This document shows, piece by piece, positions 51,251 through 64,000 of a DNA stretch of 64,000 nucleotides. The notes below the pieces were generated by a model. It was not told the origin of the DNA, searched no databases, and saw only the letters and a list, made by a program, of their open reading frames with translations. How positions within the stretch are numbered: position 1 is the first letter of the stretch; each line of letters opens with the position of its first letter. The translations under genes were made by a program, and so were the position numbers. Source of the stretch: Tubulanus polymorphus (Eukaryota > Animalia > Nemertea); NCBI RefSeq assembly GCF_964204645.1, contig NC_134030.1, positions 15,810,110-15,874,109 on the forward strand. The letters are read 5' to 3'.

Positions 51251-53023
51251 GAAAAGGATTGATAGGTAGTCAGCTGTATGAGAGCCTGTTAGATATGGGT
51301 ATGTGGAATGGGAGCCTGTTAGGGGTATGGAAGGTGGATAGACAGGGTTATGGTAGCTCGCTATAAGATTTTTGTGATTCTCAAACACTTGCTGAAATTA
51401 GTGAATACGCGATGACGCAAATCAATACTGTGAAACTTGCGCGGAAACAGGGCACCGTAAACCTTCTAATAGCTATTGTTGCTGTAAAGACTGCAGTAGG
51501 CCTTTTTAACATGATGGTAGGATTTGGAACAAACATTAGAAAAAGTCTTTACACGGTGGGTATTGTATTTTTACAGACTCAACAAGCTCATTTTACAATT
51601 TTTTTCGATTCAAGAATCCAAATATATTGACCAGAATGAAAAATTTGATAAAATTTCATTTTTTTATACTGGTTATGTTAAAGGACAGATTTGCTTGCCC
51701 CTTGAAGTTTAGGTTGTAATAAGGTTGTGCTGTAGTCAGTTTTCTTCATATCCTTATCAAACCTTCTAGAAAAGATATCTACTCCATAACCCCTATGGCT
51801 TTGAAACATAGGCATTCAGAGTGATACAGCTATGTAATAGCTATTAATGAATAGTGACATCATAACTGGGTTCGATTGAGGTAGCCAGCTATTTCAGAAG
51901 GATCTACAGATTAAATGAGAAAATTTTCAGATGAGGACAGTGTCATTTGCCCATAGGATTATGTGCTGCCAGACAGTTTACACTTGCTGTGCCAGTATTT
52001 CCTGGCTATGAGGTTTGAAGTATTAGAATGTTTACAATTGAGCTGGTACAGTACGTGTGCGTGTTACGACCGGGATCAATAAGTAGCTCTGCTGAGGAAC
52101 TGACGGCTGTGATGAAGGCACACACTGATTATCACTTCTCTCTTACTCCCTCTCTTCTTTCCTACCCTCTTTCTCTTTTCCTCAGCCTTTCTATTCTTGC
52201 TTGCCTTGTTTTTCTTGTCTATTCTCCTTCACTCTCACAATTTCATTAATTTTTGTCAATGCAGTCATCAAGCTATAGTAATGAAAAAATAATTAAACTT
52301 CCTGAAAAAACTATACTTAGTCGTCTTTATATTTTATATATATTTTGTATATATTCATTTACCACTGAACAATTAGGCTAATTTAGATTTATCATTTTTG
52401 AGCATTTTTTAGCAATGACACAATTATTCATTATGATTAAATACTTTTGAATTTTATTTCAATGTTGATTATGCATCACATGTGGTCATGCAGTACTCAG
52501 AGATAGAACGCCAGCAAATGCTATGTATAAATGTTCTGTTCTATTGCCCTTGCAGACAGTCATGTGTGTGAAAGCACGTGCAAGTATGCCAACGCAGCCC
52601 CACTATGCTATGAAAATGAAGGGAATTTAGAATCCTGTTCAACGGTCAACACGGTTTCATGTACACAACTTAATCCTGCTAACTGTGATTAAAAATCTGT
52701 ATCCTGTTCTGTATAATTATAACTAATGGTAGAGGCATTCTTCGTAGTTGAGATAGTTTATTAGTTTGGGTACCATATATGCGATAAGATGGGCATGAAG
52801 GGAGGGTTAATTGGGAGCAGGGCTAATGATATGGTATGCAGTGCAGAACTATGGCACTGACTGGTTAGAATACTACTTATGATTGGTACTGGGTGCTGTC
52901 TAGTATGATGAGTACTGTATCATGGAAATGTATGCAGGGTTCTTACATGCCTGATCCATGCCAATTTTACCCGGGAATGATGGTATAGGCTTTATCTTAT
53001 GTAAAAATGCCAATGGCCATTAA

Positions 53024-53507
53024 CCCTTTCAGTACGGTACTGGCCATTTTACATGGTATAATACCGAGATGATTTTTGGGTGAAACTAGTATCTCCAGTT
53101 ACCTTAGCATTACTCAGAAACTAAATTAATAAACTTTACACCAAATTTAAGACATGAATCAGAGCTACATTTCAGAATAATTTTCCTTGGTTCAGATTGG
53201 TGCATTGAGGTCGTGTGACAAATTTCAGCCATCTTGGACTCAAAATTACCATGGAAAATTTCTGGAATCGAAACCTGGAAAAATAGTAATCCTCAAAATA
53301 GAGCCAATTTCCACACAGAAATAGATAACTACACTTCTTTTCTATGATGAAATTCAATTGAATATCATTTTTTCGCTTCACTGATTGTTAGTCTCCACTG
53401 GTGCATTTTGACTTTTGTTTTTTACCACAAGGTCCTAAAACTTTGAAATTCTCTCACAAAATCTACTGGAGCACCTACTGTTAGACGTTTACTACCACCA
53501 GAAAGGG
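53024..53507. mobile_element. Probable piggyBac-type MITE
   Basis: TTAA-CCCTTTCAG ... CAGAAAGGG-TTCA (one TSD base mutated). Confidence 0.5.
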
Positions 53508-55000
53508 TTCAAATGCAATAGGGTTGGAGTCCCGACATAAATCTAATGTAAAGTGACCCCCTTCGGGAATGGGGTGTGTATATTCTGTATATGTTTGACT
53601 GGCATAGTATTCATTGTTTTGTCAGGTCCTAGTGAGCCATGGGGGAAAGCCATAATGATGTAGATATTATCTAGACCAAGATTGTAGTCTTGTACCAAGG
53701 TTTCATCTTTTTAACTTATTGTTGATCCAAGAACAAATCGATTTTTTCTGCTCAAAAGTTAAGTGTATTCAGTTACCCATAGTCCTTTATTTTAGTAGTT
53801 CCATTGTCTCAAAAAATTATCTATGATTTAAGATTCTTGGCTTGCCCTTGCCTTCCGCTTTTTATACTGCTGCTGCATAGAAAGTATTTTATTTAATCAG
53901 GATTCGTTCTCAGTTGACAAATGCAACATAAACTAATTAATGAAATTAATATCAAGAAAATTGAAAAAAGTCTGTATCTTGGAAGTATGTAAAATCTTTG
54001 AAGGACTGCAAAATATGAAAAATGAAAATTGTATTGGATTGAATTGATATGATGGGAATACTTACTTTTCAGATAATAAGATCAAAAATGAAGATGGAAA
54101 TATCACAAAAAATGGTTTTTTAAAATTAAGTATGACAAATTTTTCAATCAGTCAATTTCTACACTATCTGCAGCTCTCTTATATTCTTATCCGTCCTCCT
54201 GCCTAGGTGTGAAAAGGTTTTTATGAAAGAAAAATTATCAATAGGTTTTAACTTAGAGTCTAGATATTTGATTATTTTTAGATAGGCCTATTGTAATGGG
54301 ACACACATCCTTATGGACTTAGGGCTAGCCAGTATTTTGTCTTCTCCGCTAGGGGAGTTTGATATTGAAATACATGTACAAATTTTCCATATATTGTATT
54401 CTCTGTATATGTTTCTGAAAACAACCTGGAAATTTTGTAGCTCATGACATGTTCTATTCAAGGCAAATCATTTCTATACTATTGATGGGAACTTTACCAT
54501 CAAATTCTTTGATAACCATCAGGACCTACTGCAGAATAGATTAGCAGGCATTAAATAATGGAATAACATGTAGTTTCGAATTGGTACCTAGGCTTATTTC
54601 ATAAACTCAATCAGTTGCAAAATGGTTGCTAATGATACTTCTCTATGATTGTGGTGAGTTTCAAGGTTATTTGTTTCTGTATATGTTCACCAGGGGTGAT
54701 GAATGGCTTAGTATTTACATTGGATCTTCAACATTGTAGCTCAAGACTTCCTTCTGTTGGTCCTCAGATTTTGTCCTGATGTCATCCAAACAGGCAATCT
54801 GGTGGCCATATGGATGTCAGAAAAAATGACATTTTGGGCTTTGAATTGGAAGTTATGTAGTGTTATCAAATTTTAATTCAAATTTCGATTTTGTTTGAAC
54901 TCAACAGCCTCAAATAACCTCATCCTCAACATTTTGCATCAGGCTACAGAACACATATAGGCATAAAGTTTTATTCATGTTTATCTGTTGATTATTTTAG

Positions 55001-55105
55001 ATGGACAAAAGTTGCCTCCTAAATTAAATAAGATGGTTGGAGCAGCAGGAAGAGTAAAGAAAATGGATTCTGTATCTTCGAAACCATCTTCAAATAAGGA
55101 TACAG
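55001..55105 (+). CDS. Orphan internal exon candidate of an unidentified plus-strand gene
   Basis: ATTATTTTAG acceptor and CAG|GTATGT donor; 105 nt, symmetric phase 1-1, open: GQKLPPKLNKMVGAAGRVKKMDSVSSKPSSNKDT. No homology recognised. Confidence 0.5.
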
Positions 55106-55443
55106 GTATGTATACACATATTTTTCGCATGAGTACCAGCTGGCTATTGCCTTGACTTTTCAGCTTTCAGTCTGTAGATGGAATCCAAAGAAGTATCGTA
55201 AATGTTTTTGACTAAATAATAGATTTCCTATATATTTGGTTTTTAACAGCGAAATATCTTAGATACCTGCTGCCTAAAAAGACCTGATTAGAATTAAGAT
55301 GGTAGAGTGGCAGTCATTTACGTACACTGAATGTAATAAGAACCAACTATTTACAGTAATAAAAGTATTAAAAACTGATGATTCATTGAATAAAAAAATA
55401 TATTCAAAGACAAGACCATTCGAAGTCTCCCTAGAGATCATCG

Positions 55444-56708
55444 TTTTTAGCCCACTTGGGACTTTAGTCCCAGTGGGCTATTGCGTTCACTTTTCGTCCG
55501 TCGTCCGTCCGTTCGTCCGTCCGTAGACGGAATCCAGTTATTTTGGGAAGTTTTGAAGACGCTTCAAGGTAATGTCTTTATATTTGGGTTACACATGTAT
55601 CTACCCTAGACACATCTTCAGCCCAAAAACTGGCCCTGTCAGATTCAAGACGGCCGACTGGCAGCCATTGTTGTTCGCCAAAATCAGCACTTTTTACACA
55701 TTTTTTAACTTTTTGAGGGAAATTTTGAAGACGCTTCGATCAGTTACCTTGATCTTTCGGATATATGTGAATTCCCCCAGGGCCCATCAGCATAACAAAA
55801 ATTGGGTTGATCGGACTCAAGATGGCCGTCCTATGACCTTTTTAGTGCCCAAAAATGTTAATTTTGGCCCAAATTCTGAGTCCTGTAGCTTCCTACTGGT
55901 TTATCATTTCTCATTGCAATTTGTGATGGGTATTCTTTGGAAAGGGATGTTTTATACCTGAGACAGGTATTTTTCATCAGCCAATTATGACGCAATTGGC
56001 GGCCATCTTGGTGTCAGCAGTACTCATTCGTAGGTGGGAAAAAGTTTTTCCACATTATATTGATACCTAAGCGTATTTTGTTACCACAATCAATTAGAAA
56101 GTTGTAGCTCATAACATGTTCTATGATTGTGGTGAGTTTCAAGGTCATTGGTTTTTGTATATGGCCACCAGGGGGCGTTGAATAATGCAATATCTTAGTA
56201 TTTCTATATTATATTCGTATCAATGCATATATTGTAACCACAATCAATTGAAAAGTTGTAGCTCATGACATCATCTATGATTGTGGCAAGTTTTAAGGCC
56301 ATTAGTTATTCTATATGGTCACCAGGGGGCGTTGAATAGTAGAATAATTTAGTATTTCCTTATTATATTGGTACCTAGGCATATTTGTTACCATGATCAA
56401 TTACAAAGTTATAGTTCGTGACATGTTCTATGATTGTGGCGAGTTTTATGGTCATTGGGTTTTGAATATGGTCACCAGGGAGCGTTGAATAGTAGAATAA
56501 CTTAGTATTTCCATATTAAAGTGGTAACGAGGCATATTTTGTTATCACAATCAATTACAAAATCGTAACTGCTGACATGTTCTATGATTGTGGTGAGTTT
56601 CAAGGTCATTGGATTTTGTATATGGTCACCAGGGGGCGTTGAATATTGAAATTGTTGAGCATTTGGAACCACTTCCCAAGTGGGCATGGTGTCCCTGGAC
56701 CCCTAGTT
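55444..56708 (+). mobile_element. Full-length HINE-like element
   Basis: Same termini; internal repeat motifs at 56161, 56315, 56468 and 56622 (153-154-bp period). Confidence 0.93.
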
Positions 56709-57276
56709 TAATTGAGAAAATTCAGACTGAATAGGTAATTAGCATGTGGCATTATGTAATATACTTTGAAAGAAGAAAATTATTCTGAGGAAAGCCATTA
56801 TTTTAATTGGTGCTAATATCTGAGTGACAAGTTATTAGAGCAGACTCAACTTATGTGGTGTAATTACGAGAAGTATGAGTAATTTTGGCTTTATCAAAAT
56901 TGAATCGATGACCAGTGTTCTAAACATGATTGGCTACACCACCAGCTGGTTTTTAGGATCAACTGTGTTGATCCTTATACAATGGTCCTGAGAATAACTT
57001 TTTGTTAGCTCCTGGTGGCATAAATTGTAACCACTGGATATAGCTCATATTTTGTATCAGGTGGGAAATAGATGGCGGAATTGATATGGTAGGTTCCGTC
57101 CATCATCTCAAAGCTGTTTGGAAGTACTGGGAGAAAATGTGCAAAATTTCAATAAATTTTTTCCCATTCTACTAATCGATGATTGTTTAATGACATCACA
57201 GGGTAAGTCCTTCAGAAGGGCATCACTTGGAAATCCCTCTAGAAAGGCTTTCCCAGGGACATCATTATGGAGAACT

Positions 57277-57484
57277 GTTGTACCATGTACTCGTGACTCA
57301 TAGGGAAAACCCATTACCATGTACATGTATATCAACTAAGTTGAACATGCTTACTACACAGAGCACCATGATGATTTCATCTTTATCAGCTGTTTATATG
57401 TAATTGCAAATCCATGAACAAATCAATTTTTTTGCTCGAAACTAAATGTGTACTCAGTTGATCCTACTGGACCCATGGTCCTTT
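57277..57484. repeat. Dispersed repeat, inverted copy of 11595-11797
   Basis: Reverse-complement match; its end is hit by the MITE at 57486. Confidence 0.8.
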
Positions 57485-57485
57485 A

Positions 57486-57871
57486 GGGGTCATCCATTTA
57501 TTACGTACGCATTAATATTCGGTAAAATCAGACCCCCTTGTACACACTTGTACACAAATCAATTACCCCCTCCCCTTTGCGTACGTACTGACCTAAGTTA
57601 CCCCTCCTCCCCATGGTGTGTCTAACAGAAAAAGGAAGACTTAAGGAAAGACTATTGTTTTTATTGATTAGACCTACTTTCATTTTGTTTATACTATAAG
57701 TCGCGAGTTCTTGACCTTGGATGAGTCCACTGTGTACAATAGGGGTAGTAGACAATGTACGACATATACAGGGAATGCTCACGATTCATTCATGGTGCGT
57801 ACCGAACGTGTATGCAATTTAGTAAACCCCGTCTCCCCCTACGATGGGTACGTAATAAATGGACAACCCCC
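57486..57871. mobile_element. PIF/Harbinger-type MITE
   Basis: TTA TSD (57483-57485, 57872-57874); TIRs GGGGTCATCCATTTATTACGTAC / GTACGTAATAAATGGACAACCCC. Confidence 0.82.
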
Positions 57872-58002
57872 TTATTGGTTTATTTTATCTACTTTTTGCT
57901 CCAAAAGTCTGGTTTTTAGATCACGACCAGTGTCTCCAAATTAAATTTTGTCACAACCAAAAAAGGAATTTTGTAGGCCCATATTCCGATTTCTGAATCC
58001 TT

Positions 58003-58195
58003 TTATTTTGGGATGTTTTGAAGACGCTTCGATGTAATCTCTTTGGTTTATAGACATATCTACCTAAGATACATCTTCAGCCTGGCGCCGTAAAATTCAA
58101 GATGGCCGACTGGCAGGCATTGTTGTTGGCCAAACTTTTTACACATTTTTCAAGTTTTCATGGGAAATTTTAAAGACACGTCAATCAATTTCTTG
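58003..58195 (+). mobile_element. Diverged HINE-like fragment (others at ~54430-54720 and ~61305-61500)
   Basis: TTATTTTGGGA.GTTTTGAAGACGCTTC...CAAGATGGCCGACTGGCAG... Confidence 0.7.
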
Positions 58196-59076
58196 ATTGT
58201 TGGTTTACCTTTGTCAGCGATATGAAGTTGGCATTGAGCCAATTCATGTAAAATCGCGGTACATTTTTATGTGAGCATTTGTTTCATTGGTTCTCGGCTT
58301 AAACGCCGTATAATCGATGCGATTGAAGACATGGCGAAACTCCGTCGATGACATGATCAACTGAGTTAAAATTCTACGAAAAACTGTTTTTAGCGGGAAA
58401 ATTCTTAGCTGTCGCGTATAAAATTGCAATGACCTTGATTGGGGGGCGTCGTCTCTACGAGCGAAAATGGGATTGGCTTTTTTTGGGATATACATGGAAT
58501 TCCGGCGCTACTTAAATAATTATGGGAAAGCCATTGAATGGCGTACGTTTGATTGGAGTAGGTGCCGTTTACGTGCGAATTTCAAATGCTCATTGCTGGT
58601 GAGGATGTAATTATTTCACACATCCGCCATAGGTATTGTTTCATTTTAATACCCGGTGATTGTTTTGATTGACATTGAGGTGTTAGCGAATATTCACTTA
58701 CACAAGGCCTCCACGTGCGCGCGGAGTGCTACACGACACACACTTAAGCTCGTACAGTACACTACTAAGGGTGATGCTGTAACGAGTGCACGTTTGACAT
58801 GAAAATAGGCTGAATAATCGTAGCAGAAGATGAGTGCTGTGTTTTCTGTTCGATAGAATTTGTAATAAATTGTATTTTCTTGTGACCTGAAAATGCTAAG
58901 CAGCAAACTATAAGGTCTGTCGAGGTCTGAATATTGTAGTGGTAAATTCCAGGATTTAAAACGATCTAATAGCCGATTTCTTCTGTACCGGTATTTTAGC
59001 TTCGGCCAACATTGGAAGAGGCTTCCAAGACCCAATATTCAGCCACCCTCTGATATGTGACATCATATGAATTTTA

Positions 59077-59646
59077 GGCCATCCAAAAATAATGGTCTGT
59101 TTGCCGTTACCCAACCGACCAGACTTCAAAGTTACCAAGTGAAAACTTTTTTCTGGGATTCATTGAAATAAATTTTATTTTCGATAAAAACGGCCGACCG
59201 ACCGACCGACCCACTGCCGAGGTATGAGCTACGTATGTTTGAATTCAAGTGTGCGTCGTGTGAAAACATGCCTTGACGTGTGGCCTAGTATACGTTTTCC
59301 AGGAAACTGGCAGTGTTCCAATAAGCTGCCATTCATTCTTATAGTGACTATATTAAAGCTGGTAACGTAAAAGCGCGCACATATTCAATGTACTGTTTCA
59401 TTTTTAACACAGAGATGACGCTCTGGACGAAGTTATAATTTTAGAATAATTCTCGAAATCTACGCTATTAGACAAATTTCCCGTGCACAAGGTAGATGAT
59501 TTTTGCGATATTGTTTCCATGTAAAAAGGTGATAAATTTGTTTTTTTTGCCCAAAAATTTAGCAAAAAAAATTTTTCTTACCTACCGACTCATGCTGAAA
59601 AGTTGAGTCGGTGTTACGGCAAACAGACAATTATTTTGGGATGGCC
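59077..59646. mobile_element. PIF/Harbinger-type MITE with GGCC termini
   Basis: TTA TSD (59074-59076, 59647-59649); ~34-bp TIRs GGCCATCCAAAAATAATGGTCTGTTTGCCGT / ACGGCAAACAGACAATTATTTTGGGATGGCC. Confidence 0.85.
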
Positions 59647-61605
59647 TTATTTGAATATTTTTTTCATATTGTGAAACATATTTTTTTTGAAATAAAAAAT
59701 AATTTCCCTGCCACGCCTACCTGTACCCTACAAACTTTTGGACGTGGACCGTAACCAAATGTATATCTTTGGTCTTATTTGACTACAAAATAATTCTTTA
59801 AGAAAGATAAAATACAATATAAACTTGTGGAACTTTGAAGTCACGAATTAAAAAGATTTTTCAAGCAATGCCCTTATTCCAAACAACCTCTAGCTTTCAA
59901 GGTCAACCACACTTTGCCCATGGGCAATTTATTTCTGAAAAGGCAACATTTTCCCGGATGTTGTTTTGATAATAGTGAAAACAACACAATTAACATGTTT
60001 GAATAAAATCAGTGATGATCTTTTAGCGATCCGACCGGCGAAGGGTTTCTTCTATCGTTGTCACACTTATTCAGTGGCGGTGGTTTGCGAATTTCTTATA
60101 AAATGGGGAAATAGTCATTCAAAGATTATCACCCAGACTACATAATTTGGATCGAGCGGGTGCCAAACAACATATGCCTATACAAGTTTCGGTGTAAAAT
60201 CTGCGTGAAGAATTTGGAAATAATGGCGAATGGAGTAGGTGCAGTGAAAATCCACATTTAAAAAGAAAAACGAAGGAACATCGATTAGTCTGGTTTTGCC
60301 ATAGTCGATAAATGGTACTTATTTATTCACCATAGATTGCTTTCGACAAACTTGGGCGCATTAACTTGTTGTAAGAATCATCCAGATTAAGATTTGGGCC
60401 TATTATGAAAAATTTAGCTAAATTGTTAATTTAATGACTATCATTCAATTCAAATTCAATCCAATTTTATTGAATCTAAAATCAAATATATTTCATCGCT
60501 TTCTGAAAAGCAACCTTTTACAATTGATTATTTTACTATTTAGTTAATCCATGTTCGTTTTGTTTTTTTAGTGTCGCTGTCGTTTCTGCTGGTGAAAGAA
60601 CGAATGCTGGCTCAGTACTCGAACAATAAGTTACTAACGAAATCGTACTCCAATCACAAATTCTGTGTTTTGTTTTTTTATAGTTTTGAATTTACATTTA
60701 GTCCGATACTTATGTGGCAAACTTTGGTAATTTTAATAAAAAGTCCTTGTTATATTGAATTCAAGAGTTCTTCATCCTTCATAAGTTCCTGGCTGAAGTG
60801 ATAATGCATCCATCTGGCAGTGAAAAGGGCCTGCCAGGGGGATTCCTGCTTTTTTGTGATGAGAAATTAAAAAAAAAAAACAAGCTTTCCGAATTGTCCA
60901 GATCCGTTGAGAAATTGATGGGGGGGGGGTGAAGGTTTGCTGTGTCTGGCATTATGTTTCGGCTCACAAGAATATTTCAGCATGCGACGGTACTTCGCCC
61001 AAAGATTTTCGTTATGTGCTGCCATCTGGTATTGCCAATATAAACTACCGTGAAAAAATAACCAGTTCGTGCTGCCATCTAGAATTGAAACAAGGCTGTT
61101 GAGGAAATCATACTGGGAACCCCACTTTGAGCTTAGTGCCTATGTTGCAGTTTAGCTGCAATTTCAGTAATTCACAGAAATTTTTGTCGAAAGTCCCGCT
61201 TTTTTCATAATCCCTGGTTCTCATCCCTGCCTTCAGACCAGCAGTAAATGGCAGTATTTTTGAGGCAGCAGTAACACAATGAACCCTGTTAGTATCTCCA
61301 TATTATGTTAGTACCTAGGCATATTTTGTTATCCAAGTCATTTGCAAAATTTTAGCTTGTTCCATGTATTATGATTACGGTGAGTGTAGAGGTAATTGGT
61401 TTTAGTTAATGGTCGCAAGGGGGCATTGAATACTGAAATTATTTGATTGTTGAGCATTTTAAACTACTTCCCCAGTGGTCATGGTGTCCATGAACCCCTG
61501 GATTTATTTGATTGCAGAATTTGAGTGCAACAGTCAATACAGTGCGTACCGTTCACAGAACCACATACCCCTTCCCTTGTATGCACAGACCCCCAATTCC
61601 CCTAT

Positions 61606-61627
61606 TGTGTGTGTGTGTGTGCGTGCG

Positions 61628-61669
<42 letters not shown>
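61606..61669. repeat. (TG)n microsatellite
   Basis: Direct observation; interrupted by a few CG. Confidence 0.97.
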
Positions 61670-61670
<1 letters not shown>

Positions 61671-61846
61671 ACCTTAAGTCCATATTTTTGTTGACTCAGG
61701 CCTACTGATTTCTGACGGAAACAAAAATATTGTTAAAAATTAGACTATTATTTCACTGAAAGTGGTAAAAGTTGAATTAAATTTGTGGCTTTTATGCTAT
61801 TTAGATTCATAGTTATTCGTTTTCTAATCATTAAGTTGAGTTTTAT

Positions 61847-62410
61847 TAGGCCTGCCGTAGGCTGAGCCTATTACTATACAAATGGAGCGAATTTAAATGA
61901 CGTGGTTTCCAGAGTAAAGGCTCTTTGTCTGTGCAACTGAGCATATATTCATACAAATCATTCATTAGAGCATTATCCATTCTCCAACCCCTATGTAGCT
62001 GAATTTTGAGAGCGCCTCATTGAAATTTATATGAGCTTGGTCGCGAATATCTGATCACAAAAATATTTTAAAAAGCCAATCAGAAAGCAAAGACTCCTCT
62101 ATGATTGGCTTAGCAGCAGCGATCAGCAGGCGTTCACGTGAACCCGCGGTATCGTCTGCTGTTTTACTTCCGGATTTTATTTTAAGATCTAAAATTGTAT
62201 TTCAATATTGATTTCTGTGAAATCTTTAGTTGATTTGATTTTTGGGAGTAATATTTTTATTTGCACTACAGAAAATGTTGAAAATTGTGCGAAGTCCGGG
62301 AAAAATAGCTTTTTCTCAAATCGGATGGATGACATTGTTATGCTAATGAGCCATGTGCTCAGACTGCAAATTCAATCAAATCTTATTCTGCAAAAAAAGA
62401 TCGAATCCAA
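61847..62410 (+). repeat. Second copy of the 40473-41045 repeat
   Basis: Direct collinear match. Confidence 0.8.
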
Positions 62411-62414
62411 TTCA

Positions 62415-63647
62415 TTTTTAGCCCACTTGGGACTTTAGTCCCAGCGGGCTATTGCATTCACTTTTTTTCCGTCGTTCGTACGTCCGTGGACGGAATCCAG
62501 TTATTTTGGGAAGTGTTGAAGACGCTTCAAGGTAATGTCTTGATATTTAGTTCATACATGTATCTACCCTAGATACATCTTCAGCCCAAAAACTGGCCCT
62601 GTCAGAATCAAGATGGCCAACTGGCAGCCATTGTTGTTAGCCAAAATCAGCACTTTTACACATTTTTGAAGTTTTCAAAGGAAATTTTGAAGACGCTTTT
62701 ATCAAGTACCTTGATCGTTCATATATATTTGTATCCCCCAAGGGCCCATCAGCACGAGAAAAATTGGGTCGATCGGACTCGAGATGGCTGTCCTGTGACC
62801 TTTTTTGTGCTCAAAATTGTCAATTTTGGCCTGAGTCCTGTAGCTTCCTAATGGTTTGCCATTTTTCATTGCCATTTGTGATGGCTATTCTTTGAAAAGG
62901 GATCTCTTATACGCGAGACAGGTATATTTGATCAGGCAATTATGACACAATTGGCGGCCATATTGGTGTCATCAGAACTCATTCGTAGGTGGAAGAAAGT
63001 TTTCTCACATATTGATACTTAAGCAAATTTTGTTACCACAATCAATTGGAAATGTGTAGCTCATGACATGGTCTATGATCGTGGTCAGTTTCAAGGTCAT
63101 TGGTTTTTGCATATGGCCACCAGGGGCGTTGAACAATGCAATAACTTAGTATTTCTATATTATATTCGTACCTATGCATATTTTGTTACCACAATCAATT
63201 GGAAAGTTGTAGCTCATGACATGGTCTTTGATTGTGGTGAGTTTCAAGGACATTAGTTATTCTATATGGTCACTAGGGGGCGTTGAATAGTAGAATAACT
63301 TAGTATTTCTTTATATTGGTGCCTAGGCATATCTTGTTACCATGATCAATTGCAAAGTTGTAGCTCATGACATGTTCTATAATTATGGTGAGTTTTAAGG
63401 TCATTGGGCTTTGCATATGGCCACCAGGGGGCGTTGAATAGTAGAATAACTTAGTATTTCAATATCATATTGGTAACTAGGCATATTTTGTTACCACAAT
63501 CAATTACAAAATTCTAACTGCTGGCATGTTCTATGATTGTGGTGAGTTTCAAGGTCATTGGATGGGGCGTTGAATATTAAAATTGTTAGATTGTTGAGCA
63601 TCTGAAACCACTTCCCAAGTGGGCATGGTGTCCCTGATCCCTTAGTT
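62415..63647 (+). mobile_element. Full-length, more diverged HINE-like element
   Basis: Same termini and modules; last internal unit partly deleted. Confidence 0.9.
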
Positions 63648-64000
63648 ACTGTATTGACCAAGGTAAAACAGCAAATCCAATTCAATTTTGTTTTATTGAG
63701 CAAATTTCAGAAAATTCTATTCTATTCCGCATTCAAATCATATTTCCTATATTTCTATGAATCGTTTCTTGTACTAAGTTTTGATTGGATCAATATGAAA
63801 CTTGGGCAAATGATCAGTGGGCAAAGCCTTATAGAATATAGAGACATTTTTGGTTTCGACCCCAAGCGGGTGCCCAAGGGCGATGGGTCATATATTTTTA
63901 TGAATCGCTTCCTGTCATGAAATTGTGGGTCATTGCCTTAAACAACATAAATTAATTTTTTTTTGTATTTTATCCCTAGGGAGTAACCTAGAGGCTGAGA

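Noticed and set aside
55572-55961. Recurring ORFs such as RAHQHNKNWVDRTQDG...KGMFYT (also 13799, 14799, 16201, 39037, 62666) as a gene family
   Set aside because: They are chance frames within the non-coding HINE; starts, stops and frames differ between copies.
61475-61708. Cys/Val-rich ORFs
   Set aside because: Translation of the (TG)n microsatellite.

Overview
AT-rich, repeat-dense animal (probably marine invertebrate bilaterian) genomic DNA; not prokaryotic, and most short ORFs in the track are spurious. Only one host gene is recognisable: three consecutive, phase-compatible minus-strand exons (13396-13238, 11939-11803, 10502-10361) of a PDSS1-like trans-prenyl (decaprenyl) diphosphate synthase, which the ORF track misses. 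There is also one orphan plus-strand exon candidate at 55001-55105. The rest is transposon-derived: a decayed Ty1/copia pol; a young 5'-truncated CR1/L2-group LINE with an open 646-codon ORF and 7-bp TSD; and about 12 copies or fragments of a ~1.27-kb Helentron-associated (HINE/DINE-1-like) element whose 154-bp internal repeats each carry a CTCF-like motif. Between 18.6 and 37.0 kb lies an 18-kb nest. It holds three copies of a ~6-kb element with CATTATGAG termini that inserts with no (or a 1-bp) target duplication; two of the copies form a ~15-kb quasi-palindrome. The nest also contains a 9-bp-TSD foldback/MULE carrying a Penelope fragment with a hammerhead ribozyme, and a ~170-bp satellite. 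Comparing repeat copies shows recurrent TA to TAGGCCTA/TAGGCCCTA insertions that look like excision footprints. All calls were made by eye, without alignments or database searches.
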